A stretch of DNA of 64,000 nucleotides from NCBI GenBank assembly GCA_973895155.1, contig OZ316892.1, positions 12,216,238 to 12,280,237 of the forward strand. Direction: 5' to 3'. The position numbers and the translations under genes are program-made. Below are positions 10,530 to 22,919 of the stretch, piece by piece; the stretch's first letter is position 1; each line of letters opens with the position of its first letter. Below the pieces are notes generated by a model. It ran no database searches. It was not told where the DNA came from and saw nothing but the letters and a program-made list of their open reading frames with translations. Origin of the DNA: Marsupella aquatica (Eukaryota > Plantae > Marchantiophyta).

Positions 10530-13500
10530 CAGTAGGATGGAACAGAGTGACACAGAGATGTGTGAGTATGAAAGGAAAGCTATGGAACAACGAGCATACG
10601 TGAAAGCCAAAATTGCAGAACTGGATCTGGAAAAGGATGTGGCTGAATTGTAAGGGAACGATTCTCAACTACACCCCTCCGCTGAGTTTGTGTGACATGA
10701 ATAGTTCAATGTGGCACTGAAATTGTGACTGTATTCTCATATTGGAATGTCGCAGAGCCACAGCATTTTAAAAGAAACAAAAGGAGTACGCAAGAAGGGT
10801 GACCAACACTATCTCTGGGCCTGTGCGTCGGAGTGACAGGTTGAGCAAGAAGGTCGTACCTACAATGGCAGAATGTGGAGATGACATTGATGCTGCACAG
10901 GTGGGTGCAGACACTAGACAAGAAGATGCAGATGATGAGTATTTTCCAGAGGAAATGGATGAGTATTTTCCAGAGGAAATGGATGAGGATGGGGGTTATG
11001 AAGATGAATACATTGTAGAGCAGCCCCAAAAGAAACAGGTAAGTAGTTTTCCCAACAAGGTTTTGAGTTAAAAACTCTTGTTTAGAGGTTTCATATGTTC
11101 AGTACTACACATATGTACCTTGCTTAGTTCCTGACATTGTAGTTGGTGATGTGATGCAGCGTCCTGCCAGTTCTGTTTTGCCTTCGAAGCCTGTGCATGC
11201 ACCATACCAGCAGGGGGGGCTGACCTCTGATCAAGGTTGGCGAGGTGGTAGTAGTGGTAGATCCCAGGCTGGTGCCCAATACTATGGCAGGGGGCAAGCT
11301 CTAGGTTATGCCCGTGGTAGAGGCAGAGCAGGTCCAAACCCACAATCTCGTGGGTATGGACGTCCACCTCAACCATGGGGATGTGAGTATATATCTATAT
11401 GCCAGTTCTTTGTGAAGGCATGGCGCTCCTGAATTTCAGACTGCATATCAATTTTTGACATTGTTTGGGATGTATTGGATTCAGACAACATGAAATTCTG
11501 TCCACCTGCCATTGCATGCAGATTCTGCCCAACCTGATTGGGCAAATGCTAGTAATGATCAGTTCCAATGTCCACAAGGACAGACATGGGTTGAACCAGG
11601 TTGGGAGGATGGTGGTGGGTCGTGGAATGAACAAGGTTGGGAAGGTGGTGAAGGTAATTGGCAGGGATATCAAAATTCAGTACCTACAAACGCTGGAAGA
11701 GGGGCAGGTAATGTCTGATCTTGTCAGCAATGGAAGAACTCATTATATCTGGAGTCCATTCACGTGGGGGGGACTCTGCACATGTATAATGATAGAAAAT
11801 GTATGTGTGCAGGTTGGACAGTCGAACCATCGACTCAAGTATTCACTAATGCCCCTATGCAGATGCAGCACGGAAGGGGGACAGGTATGTTGGTGAATGT
11901 TCAGTTGTTTTCCTACAGTTTGTACTTAGTTTTCAGTACATATGTTTGCACACACATACCTAGAAAGTGACATCATCCGGCCCCTGTACTAGGCTGGACA
12001 GGTGGTCCAGGGTCGCAACAATTTCAGAGTGCAGTCCCTGCACAGGCATCTACAGGCAGAGCTACAGGTATGTATGTTTGAAGAATTTTTCTTGAAGTGA
12101 AGCATTGAATGTTTCCGTCATCCATTCTGCTATATGTAGTTCTCAAGCATGAATGGCATTGTATTTTCCCAGGTGGCTTCAGAACCCCAGGTAGGGTGAA
12201 TGAAGGGGTGGCCAATACAACGCCCAGTACTACCGAGAGCAGTGCATGAGGGGAGGTGACAAAGAAAGGGAACGTAAAGTTGAATGAGAGACAATGGGTG
12301 GATGCTGAGTGTCCTCGCAAGAACCGATGGCATGCTGATTTGAAAGCTGAAGTATTGCGTTGGTTAGATGTGAGTGTTATTAATTTTAAAAAACAGCATC
12401 CAAAAGATTGGAAGACTGTATGTGAAAATGTTGCTGCCAAATGGAATTATGTGGGCAGTGATGATGGCGTGGACATAGGTTGCCTAGAGAGTACAGCAGG
12501 GAAAATCATCAAGCAAGAGAGGTGGAGAATGCATAAGGCTTGGAAGGAAGGTGGGGAGAAGCCAAATATGCCTCCACCAGCCAGTTGTGATGATAAAGTG
12601 TGGGCAAGGTTAGTAGCTGATTTTGTAACAGATGCTTCAAAAAAGAAGAGTTCACAGATGACCGAGGCCAGGTTGAGTGTTCAGAACCCTAATCTGACAG
12701 GAAGGACCGGCACTGCACCGACAGCTAAACGTTTGGTAAGAATGAATGGCCTAGCTATGTAATTTATGCTACACTATGTACTGTTTTTTAGTGTAAACCC
12801 ATACATGTAAACTTTGTTTTTTAGTGTACGTTCCCTGAATATTGATCGATAACTTGTGTTTGCCATGCATGTGCAGAAAGCCCAATTGGGGCAAAGCCCT
12901 TCAAAAGAAGAGTTGAGGGCTGAAATTGTGAACACCCGGGCTCAAGAGGGTGCATCTGAATCCTCCATGCATGTAAGTTATATGAGTTCTGATTGGTAAT
13001 TGAATGACCTGCGTTGAATTTCAGGTGTACACTGTATATAACATTGATTGTGCATACATTGCCCAACATTTCATATGGAGTGATTGAACCTATACCCCTG
13101 TGTCATGTAGGGAGGTGGATCTTCACTTACAGAGATAAGTGGTCGTTTGAAGGCTGTCGAAACATGTCTTCCAGAGATCAATGAACGTTTGAATTCATTG
13201 ACTGACTTGTTCCATGTGAACTTCAAGACATTAATGGAAGCTGTTGTGTCGGTGAGAGATAAAATTGATTCCAATTCTGCAGGAGTTCCACCATCACCAC
13301 TTGAGGTGGCAAAGTCGATGCACTCTTCTGGCATGCCAACGACATGTAGGCTTGAAGGTAAGGCCTTTACAACTGTGTGGGATATGATTATTAAATGTAT
13401 AGTTTGAATTGACATTGTTTGTTGAATGTGTTATTTTCAGTAACATATATTGTGGTTGATGTGTCCATAGAGAATAAGACAGGTGCTACAGAGAAGAAGT

Positions 13501-14267
13501 ATGAGAACCTGGCAAATACTCGCTGTAATTTAGAGGCAACAAAGTTGCAGTCTGTACAAGCAACTTGTTTGACAGAGGGCAGTCAACCATGTTTGGATGA
13601 GGATGACATTGGCAAGGGAGTGGATGATATCAATGTTGGGGCAAATGAGGATATCAGCAAGCATGACAATGATACCATTGAGCCAGATTCATGCTATGTA
13701 GATCTTGACTCCATTGCAGAGATAAATGATTTGCAAAATGTATCATTCTCAATGACAGGTGTGCCTCTTGTTGAGATAAATCCAACCAAAGAGTTAGTTG
13801 GTATGACACTCCCAGGTGATGAACTTGCTACTGTGACAGTCCTAACAGAGGAACCTACTGAGCCTAGCTTCACTACTGTGAAGAGAGGAAGCATGCGCAC
13901 ACGAAGCAAGTCTGCTGGTGGGAGCAGAGCCACGTCAAAGGTTTCATACAAACCTCCAAGAACGGTGCTGGCAGAAAGATCTAAGGTGGAAGTGGGGAAA
14001 GCACCTAGTGCTGAGGGACAAAGTGGCTTGTTAGCTCTTGATGAGAGTGGAACACGAGTAGGATTTGGCCGAGTGCAGGTTGGTTCCACAACGTTCCATG
14101 GCAAGAGGATTCCCCCAGGTTATTCAGTAGTGTTAGTCACATTACTAGTGAAACCTAAAGCTGTCCTTCCCATTCCAAACACAAATGATGATCCTCCTCA
14201 AAAGACACTTGGAGATGCTGCAGGTTCTTTGGTATTATGGCCAAGCAAGTTCATAGAGGATCCATAA
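10530..14267 (+). pseudogene. CACTA second gene, TnpA-like / ORF2 (multi-exon), probably disrupted
   Basis: Same strand, downstream of TnpD, with many small GT-AG exons. 12256-12735 resembles the Ptta/En-Spm Transposase_24-type region (W..L...W...KKKSSQMTEAR...HTG-like LTGRTG). The C-terminus VGFGRVQ...FHGKRIPPGYSVVLV...LPIP...TLGDAAGSLVLWP is typical of CACTA ORF2 C-termini. In-frame TGA at ~12247. Exact exon model not resolved. Confidence 0.7.
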
Positions 14268-16899
14268 CAATGTCATGTCATTATTTGTTTGTAGTGTGAG
14301 TCATGTTATGTAGATTTTAGATGTCAAGAAGCAGTACAAGAATCATGTCCTCTTGGAGATTCATAGTATCATGCATGTGCTTTCAGTTATCTCATCCTGC
14401 AGTCATCAATTATGAGTTCCTGTTTTGTCTGAATTACATTGATCACATTGTAAACTATTCCATTGGAATTCAAATGATCTTCATTTTTTAGCAAGATTGT
14501 GATTGTGTTTAATTCTTATGAATGTTTTATGTAGGATCTGCTTATATGATGCTTTGTTTCATGTGGATGTCATTCATGCTATGTTCATTTCTTGTATTGA
14601 ATGTGTTATATTTCTAAAGTTAGAACATCAGGTTTCTATGTATTGTAATGTCGAGTGCTCTCTCTCCTTATGAACTGTCCCTCTGTGTTCATTAGTCATG
14701 GTTATAACTTGCATGTGAACCTTATTAGTTAAAAACATGAGTATATAGAGTCCCAAATGGTTCTGTTGTGTGACGCGGGCCAGGGTCTCCATTGGTCTCT
14801 CCTGTGACACTAAATGGTCACACACTAGTCGTTGTTGAATGCGGGTAAGTCATGCATGTGACTTACGATGTGACTCGCTGAAGTCATATTGCAGTCACGT
14901 CGAAACAAGGCTAGACTCCACAATAAAGTCACAGATCAGTCACAAATGGGTATCAAGCAAGTTGCAAAGCCCAGTATCAATAGTGACTACCATTTTTTGG
15001 TCTCAACTTTTGCAACTCCAAGGGTCATAGCGTGGGTCAAGTCACGTTGAGTCACAATGAAGTCACATGAGCCAAAATGAGTCACATATTGCGGTCTCAG
15101 TTCACCTCGGATTCTTCTAGTGGGCTGAGTATTACGGACCTTTGAAGAAGAAACGAAGCTCCGAGAGAAGTCTGAACGAATGGGCAAGGGAAGATTTTCT
15201 AGATAGCGATAATGCGGACTCTGACAAGTGGATGCCATCATCCTGGAACGATTGAATGAGGCATTCTGGAGTCAGCTCTTGGGAGGTGTTTTGGAGCTAT
15301 TTTTTGTGCGAATGCAATCATCGCATAGGAATTTGTTAGTTGATCCTGCATTGTGTTTAGGTGTGAACAGAAAGTGCTTGCATTTTCCGCCTTAGTGTTT
15401 TCCGCTTGGGAGGCTTCGGCGTTTCTGAGCCTGGGAGGTTGATTTTAGGGATGCCTACCCCGACATCAACCAGAATTTTTGTTAGGCACATATGTTTCCT
15501 ATGAATATACCAAGCGTATCTTTATGTGTACAAATGTGGAATGTTGTTTTGTTATGCAAATTGGATGTTGGTGCTCTTTGATTTGCAATCCCCTTGTTCT
15601 TTGCCCTTCTATTTCTGGAGCGACTTGGTCTTCGGCAGAGAGGAGCCTCTTTTCACATGATGCTTCTCCCTCTGCGTGTGGGATGGGAGGAGAGAGTATA
15701 GAGGCTAGGAGCCTTTATTCTCACAATGCCTTCTATTATTGCGTGTGTTGTTGGAGGAGAGTGGCTTGTGCTCGATTGCGGATGAACGACTTTGCAAAGT
15801 CCTTCGTCTATCATACTCCTCCCTCACAACTAGACTTGTAGAATTCCTGTATGCATCATTCTAGGCATCGATAAAGCTTGCAAAAATGCTTGCTAAACTA
15901 TATGCTCCTCTGGACTGTTACACTTGGTCCCGCCCACTTTTTATGATCATATGTAGTCATCTCCAGTATCTTACTCTTCATTGAAGCTTTGAGTGCACCT
16001 TTTGTTCCGTCGTGCCCCTTAGGTGTCAGGGCGACTCTTGTTGTTGAGCTTTTACTCTTTACTCTTGTGCGACTCTCTGGCCCTCTTCTTTTGGGGGCTT
16101 TTAGGGGTATGCTGTGCATGTTCTTTGTTGTGTGTGAGGCTGCTTGTTCCCCCTTGTCGTGTGGCTTTTCGTGGCTGGTCTCTATCTATTAAAACACTCA
16201 TTGGGATGAAGTTAACAACGTGTGAACCTAAGCCCCTTTTCTTATGCTATGTGTCAAAAGTTTGTACCAAATCACAACTTGAAGTTTCCAAAATTGGTGC
16301 TGAAGTATCCGGAAGAAAATTGGAATTGTTCAGAACCCTTATTTAAAACTCAAAAAGTATGTTCTCAAATTTCTAAAAAGTAACATTCAATTTTCCAAAA
16401 GTACACTATCAAAATTCCAAGTGGACTATAATATTCCAGAGTTAGTGAAAGTATTAATTTAGCCTTCCTCTTCGCATCAAGAGCCAATCCCGGACTCAAA
16501 ACAATCGTCTTGCCTCAATCTCTCCGTTGAGTCAAAACACTTGACGCTTCTCCCTCCGAGTCGATTGCAACGACAAGAAACCCCTCTCAGGCAAAATAAG
16601 ACTCCATAACCGGTCAGAAAATCAGAATGCTTCTTTTGCTCGTCCCGTCGCACACGATACTCACTTGGTAACAAATCAGCCACCAAAACGGCCAGCTCGT
16701 CCCGATCTACAAGTGGAGCTCCCTGGGCCCTCACTCCATGTAAAAGAAGTTTAGGGCCCTTTTCGTGTTTGCCCCTTGTTATTTCCATTTTACCATTAAA
16801 AGTTCCCTTATTACCGGTAATAATTATAATTATTAGTTCAAAATGAATAAAACTACCCTTCGAGCGTGCGCACGTCCTCCATGTACTAGTTAAGATTGA

Positions 16900-17579
16900 G
16901 GGCCCATGGGCGGAGCTATAACATGCGATGCCTCATGCACCACAAAACTCACACCATCGAAAAAATGAACTCTATTCCCTCCTCCAAAAATCCGCCAAAC
17001 ACGAATGTTGCAAACTTTCTTCACAAAATCCAGAACAACAAAAACTTAGATCTCTCCGCACCACAAACTCCGTTCAGCGATTTCTTCGCACCGTTAGAAA
17101 GCCCTCGCCCTAATCTATCCGTTGAGCCCATAAACTCCAAGTTCCACGCGACAAAACTTTGGGAAATCCACCGACACTCAACGCTGGAAAAACCGTCACG
17201 AACAATGTCACCTCCCAGGCATGCTTTGATACCAATTGTTGAGCATAGACGACAATCGCAACGGTAAGCACATGACACATCCAACGATAAAGTAGGCGAC
17301 ACAAGAGATACGTGGTTCACCTCCTCGAGGCTACGTCCGCTGGAACACACAAGAGAGCTATACTGAACTCTAAGCCCGTCGGCCAGACCAAGTCTCCATA
17401 GTGTAAGCTCTCTTCATCTCTCAAGTGGCTCCATAACAATGAGCCTAAGTTCCACTTATCCAAGCAAACACCGTTTGACATACAGTGTGCATCCTAGTTA
17501 ACCTAACCACATCTCCGACTATGGTTAGTCTAATTACGGTTACATATCGTAACCCTAGACCTTGAGTAAATACCTAACA
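16900..17579 (-). mobile_element. Truncated copia-type LTR retrotransposon: 5' LTR (17237-17579), tRNA-Met primer binding site and 5' internal fragment
   Basis: On the minus strand the LTR runs TGTTAGG...CAACA and is followed 2 nt later by TGGTATCAAAGC (17223-17234), the canonical initiator tRNA-Met PBS. It shares the GGACGTAGCCTCGA...GAGGTGAACCACGTA core with the LTR at 22622-22919. Confidence 0.8.
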
Positions 17580-19074
17580 CCCTGAGGCTGCGATGAGGGC
17601 TTTGGTTAGATAGCTTTTCTTTGTTTTGGTGACTTTTTATTTCATTGCTCTTTCTGCCCTTCGGGCTCGCTGTTGGCTTTTGCCTCCCCTTCCCGTGGGT
17701 TTTTGCCAGTTTCATTGAAGGAAAAACAAAAAAACTGACTCCTATACCTAAGGTAGGTCGCCAGGAATAATCTGACTATATTCTCAAATAGATGTAGAGA
17801 AATACAACGATGGGATGACAAAATTTAACAGAGTACACTTTCTTTCAGTTGTTTTAACAGGGCAGTGTGCAAACTGTCTTGGGGGGTTTCATTCTAAGGG
17901 AGGTTTCACATCATGTGCAAAATTTTCAAAGAATAAACACCCTAAAACTTAGAAAAAATTAAGTTATTTGTAATTATTTAAAATCCCTAACTTTATGAAA
18001 GATTATAGGAACAGTTTTCTACCAAATTGAATTAAAAACCCTAACTTATCTATAGGCCATGGGTGGGAAGAAAAGAAATGAGAACCCAGGGCAAACTGCC
18101 CATGAAACGGGTGTCCCATGAAATGCAAACTTCGGCTCTAGCCTAGACCTCCTCCAGCCCATTGGTTACCCTAGACTTTACCTCCTTTTCCTGTAAGTTT
18201 GATTTTTTCCTTCCCCCAAGATGCCGCATAGGGGAATGATTGTTGTGGCATGACACAACAACATGGGTTTCCCTACACTTCTACCTTCAAACCTTGTAAT
18301 TTAGGTTTTTCCTTTCCCCCTAGCTGCCGCCGGGGGGGGGGAATGATTTTTGTGAGACATGATAACAACTACTGCACTGCAGCCTGTTTCTACGAAATAT
18401 CCTTCGATCTGTTTGCACACCGGTACAGTAGTATGCTTCTCAATTTGACTAGAATTCAGGGGAAGCACCCTCCGGCCTCCCATTGTGGAGTCCAGACTTC
18501 AACGCGTTGGGAGACTTCCGTGATTCGACGCACCCACCAAACCTTGAACGATCGCCGCGTTGGCAAACAGCTACCCAGACGAAAGGCTAGGTCCTCAGAC
18601 CGGTGTGTGACAGCAAGGAGGTCGTCCACATTACTTTGTCGACTTCGACCTCTCTACCATTGCTGAAGCAGAAAGACGAGGTTGATGTGCGTGACGGATG
18701 TGTGTGGGTCAAAATTGAGAATCGCTCTCACGGTCAATTCACGGAGGAAGTCGATCAGCGGGTCGAAGAATCCATTTCAGCTCTGCACTGCGGAGAATTT
18801 CATGTATCTGCATCCTTCCTTGGATTACTTCCAATTCAATGAAAAGGATTCGTCTGATTCTCGGGGGCAATTCACCTGGGCAGCAGCTCAAAGTATCAGA
18901 TATATTGGCTTCCTCCGGCTTCTTCGAGTCCAATTACCGGCATATCTCAAGTCCTATATCTTTTGTGCTTACCAACATGTAAATGATTGGGATCCCTACA
19001 ATTGGACAGGACTACGGTAGCACCTTCTTCCTTTCGAAGAGAGTCCACCTTCTACCCTGGTTTTTTCTGGCGTG

Positions 19075-20537
19075 ATGATAATAACAGAGGTGAACTCCTG
19101 CCTAGACCTGGTGCTTAAAGCTTCCAAGTTCGCTAACCAGCTCCAAGATGGTTGGTACAAAGGTTCCGCAGACGTTGATTCGTTCAAAGCCCAAGTCTCG
19201 ATACTTCGTCAGAAGCATGATCAGTGGAGCGCTCAGCTACGGAGACATGGGGTTTCGGAGGACGAACGACTTTTGCGGGCAGTGCAGGCAGCCGTTGAGG
19301 TTCTGGACGAGCAAGAGCAATACGTTAACAAACTCCAGAGAAATCCTCTCTTGCGATTGAGGAGAAAGGCATTCCCAGGCCAGCTTATTTATGTTTTGAG
19401 AAATGTGTCCGACATCGTGGACGCTGGGCCTCAGCTGCTGACCACACGGGTTGATACGTTTGATGTGTTGGAGAGAATCGTAGCCCAGACTCCGTCTCCA
19501 TTGCCTTTTATTCCGGATCCCAATTACGTCCCGATTACAAACTCTGTTTTGGAGATACGAACTGCGTTGGAGGATGAACAAGGCCCTCGTGTAGTGACGG
19601 TGTTTGGAGGGCCAGGACTGGGAAAGAGTAGTGTGGTGAAATATTTAGCACTCCAGTACGAAGAGGAGAGAAAGCAAGGCTTAACACAACCCCAGCGCAA
19701 GGCACTCAGTTTTCCAGATGGAGTGTATTATTTGTTTTGCGGAAAGGATGCTCAAGACAGAGTGAAGCAGTTGGAGGTAGAGGTGGTTGAGTGTCTGGGC
19801 TTTGGACCCGGTTCAAGTTCAGCTCCACCGAATGACCAGACGGGTAACGGAATGCAGGAAGGCGCCTATATTCAGCTACCGTCACATCAAATGAAGCTTA
19901 GATCACGCTTAGCTGAGCAGTACTTGCTCATTGTGCTGGATGATCTATGGGAGCGGAAGGCATTGCAACAACTGTTGCAAATGGTTCCTGCGAAGGGAGT
20001 ACGATATCTCGTAACATCCCAGATGAAAGAAATTTGGGGTCCGGCAGCAAAAATCCAGATGAGATATCCGACTGTTGCAGAAGCTAGGCAAATCATGTCT
20101 AATTATACAGACGGACTTCCGACGAAGGGAGAATTTCCTCACAACATTCAGGTACAACTTCAAGTCGTGCTACTGTCATTTTCTGTCAGAGTTCAGGGAA
20201 CTGCGTGTACATGTCTTTCTTTTACTCGAATTACTATTGTCATTTTCTGTCGGACTTCAGTAAACTGCCTGTAGATGTCTTTCTTTTACTTGAATTACTA
20301 TTAGCAGCCTTTGCGTCGTTGGTTGCTGCCATCCGTTAAAATTGTACAAGCACTGAGATCTGAAACAGTATTAGTAACTATTATCGATTAAGCCTTAGTT
20401 TACTGATTTCGAGCATTTTCCATTCCCTGTAGACTGTGACTGATGCAATCATAAAGAACGTAGGTTACCTTCCACTATCTTTGGCTGACGTTGGCATAAG
20501 CGTCAACAGCAGCAGAGCAACTGACGTCAAAGCATAG
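19075..20537 (+). CDS. Truncated NLR-like gene, copy 1: helical N-terminal domain + NB-ARC ending just after the GLPL motif (~393 aa; exons 19075-20151, 20433-20537)
   Basis: P-loop GGPGLGKS, Walker B LLIVLDDLW, RNBS-B RYLVTSQ and GLPL-like GYLPLSL. Phase-0 GT-AG intron. Homology to copy 2 stops at ~20535, where TAG occurs at the junction with CACTA-derived sequence. Confidence 0.8.
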
Positions 20538-22547
20538 AGCCACTTGGACGTCTGCAATGTTGTGAACTTGCTCCTTTCCTCACACTGTGACCGATGTTGC
20601 AAGGCACAACAGTCCTATCAATCCCCACAGAATGTGGAATCTTTCCGTTGCAGTTGAGATCCTATGCCTGATGACATGATCAAGAATGAGTAGCTACAAT
20701 GTCCAGTCTCTCTTGACAGGGTGACATAGCAGCAATACATACATTGGATCAAAGCACGAGTTGGAGAAAAGCAATGAGAGATAAAAATGGACTTTCGCTC
20801 ACCCATGTGCTGGATGGAAGAATGCAGCTACGAGGGCCGGTCTCCAGCTACAGCTCCTTGATGGCAAACCGCAAGCTCTTCCCGGTTCTTCAACCAAAAA
20901 CTGACCCGAAACACACTCTTGCAATGTCCTGAGTTAGTCGCAACAACTCCAATGTAGGTTGCAGCTGCCAATTCATTCCCTCCGCCCTCCTTGCCAATGC
21001 CAACTCCCAATAGCAATGAGGCTTGTTCAGCTGACCTCCTTCGTAGGAGCTCCCAACTCCCAAAGGAAAACTGTCACTACTCACAGCTAAAAAACGGTCC
21101 CTGGACCTTGTCGCTGCCAATGTGCGTCGTGCGCTCAGTTCTCCTGCCCACCAAGAACTTCAACTATAACTTCAACTCCAATGCCCAAGAAGATTGATGA
21201 ACTCCTTAGTCAAAGACGCAACTGGAAGGGTATGCACGCACTTACAGTTCACTAAGTCGGGAGTTTTGCTACTGCTGCGGAAGGCACTGCACAAGCTTTA
21301 CTAATGCGGGACCTGTGTGGGAGGCGTAAAGACTTAGGGTGAAGTCTACTGCAACTATCCTTCTCTTCCAAGCATATTGTGAGCTCAAACAACGTCGCGG
21401 GATTCCTGAGGTGAAGAGTGCAAGCTGCGACCAGTCTCAGGAGCAGCTCCTCAATCGTCCCGGGCATTGGAGCTGACTCCCTCCTTCCGCAGCAGTAGTG
21501 ATCACCTCCCTTGGCGCAACTACAAATTAATGCGCTCTACTTGCAGCCCAAGGACTCAAATGTGTCCAGCATGCAGCGATGGAAGGTTGGCAATGGGAGA
21601 AGTTCCATACGGGACCCACACCACCACAATGAGCTCGTAGTTTTACGAGGGAAAGTGAAGGAAATGCGCACCCTAGCCAGCCGCAAGGATGCACTTCCGC
21701 CTTGGTGCGATCTGCACCTTCTCCCGTCTCCCGATCGAACGAAGCTCAGACATGTGTGACTAAACGGGACGTGCGACTAAACGGGACGCGGGAACGGAAA
21801 AGTTTCACCTGATGGTGGCGATCAACTCCATCCAATGGTGTGTGTCCCCCGATTAACCCCCTCCCCCTTGAGATCGATATAACCCCCACACCCATGTCAT
21901 ATAACCCCCCTAAACCCCCTTTAGGTGTCTTGCTACAACCCCCCTAAAACCCCCTTTAGGTGTCTTGCTACAACCCCCCTAAAACCCCCTTTAGGTGTCT
22001 TGCTACAACCCCCCCTAAACTCTGGCAGGAAGGGTTACATGCATGTGGATGAGTTAGCTAGGCCTAAACTGCACTTCATGTAACACAAAACCCCCAAAAA
22101 AGCCTCCCTAGCAAACCCTTATGCCCCTTGCATATAGTTCAGTCAATGGCTATGTAAAGCGTAATCCCATGGCTCAGAATGTGTATGGGATCGGGTAAAT
22201 ATCCTTTAACCAGGCATATGGCACTACATTATTTTAAAAAGTGTTCAATGGCCACAATGAAAATGAATGGACAAGTCAATTTTGTTGACTAAATTGGACT
22301 TGGCTTACTATTGGCCATTGTCTTATGTTGACTAAGTATGACTATGTAGTCAGACCTGAATGACTCATTCAATAGAGCAAGATTTTTAAAAAGTTCAATT
22401 GTCTTAAGTAGTCATATATACATGACTACTGATGACTATCAAGTCTTGTGGCGTCTCAAAAATAAGACTGATGTTCAAAGGTTGCACTTGCGTGGTCACC
22501 CCAGTCACAAGTGGTCTGGTCATGAAATGCCCCGGTTTCTACTAGTG
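20538..22547 (+). mobile_element. 5'-truncated non-autonomous CACTA element, family A (second copy)
   Basis: Ends in the same 20-bp TIR as 4720-4739. C-rich repeats at 21850-22020 include three copies of an about 35-bp unit (AAACCCCCTTTAGGTGTCTTGCTACAACCCCCCT). GAC/GTC-rich subterminal motifs at 22260-22520. The left boundary is inferred from loss of homology between the NLR copies. Confidence 0.7.
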
Positions 22548-22621
22548 TCTAGAACTTCCCGCTGAAAATTCCATATGGTAACATTTAGTCCAGTCCCCAA
22601 GACAAGAGTCAAGAGAGAGTT

Positions 22622-22919
22622 TGTTAGGTATTGCTCTTAAGTCTTGTGACTCTTGAGTTAACCACAATTAGGCTAACTCAGGTTAGGACTTAACTAAGGT
22701 TAGCGGTAGTGTTGTTGTGTATAAATTCGGGGCTGGTGCCAGTCCTTGGTGGATCTTCAGCTCATTGTTGGAGTGGAGCAAGAGAGAAGTAAAGGTCTCT
22801 TGCTTTCCCGTGGACGTAGCCTCGATTAGACGTGAGGTGAACCACGTACTCGTTATGTCGACTACTTTGTATGGTGTTCACATGTGCATGGTGTCTCGGG
22901 ATAAGGATTATCCCTAACA
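22622..22919 (+). mobile_element. Isolated copia-type LTR
   Basis: TGTTAGG...CTAACA termini, TATA-like TATAAAT at ~22719, and a core shared with the LTR at 17237-17579. No matching 5-bp TSD seen. Confidence 0.7.

Larger units (their letters stand above)
4740..15122 (+). mobile_element. Autonomous-type CACTA/EnSpm transposon, family B (decayed; 5' end not seen)
   Basis: Contains TnpD and TnpA-like coding regions. Dense GTGAC/GTCAC subterminal motifs at ~14760-15110. Ends ...CTCGGATTCTTCTAGTG at 15122 (reverse complement CACTAGAAGAATCCGAG). The left boundary is set at the end of the upstream family A element and is uncertain. Confidence 0.8.

Noticed and set aside
15123-15255. Possible 3' end of a host gene interrupted by the CACTA element (AEYYGPLKKKR...WMPSSWND*)
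   Set aside because: Too short and with no recognisable motif; it cannot be supported without the other flank.
17237-22919. The two LTRs as ends of one retrotransposon enclosing NLR copy 1
   Set aside because: They are in opposite orientation, clearly diverged, and have no shared TSD.
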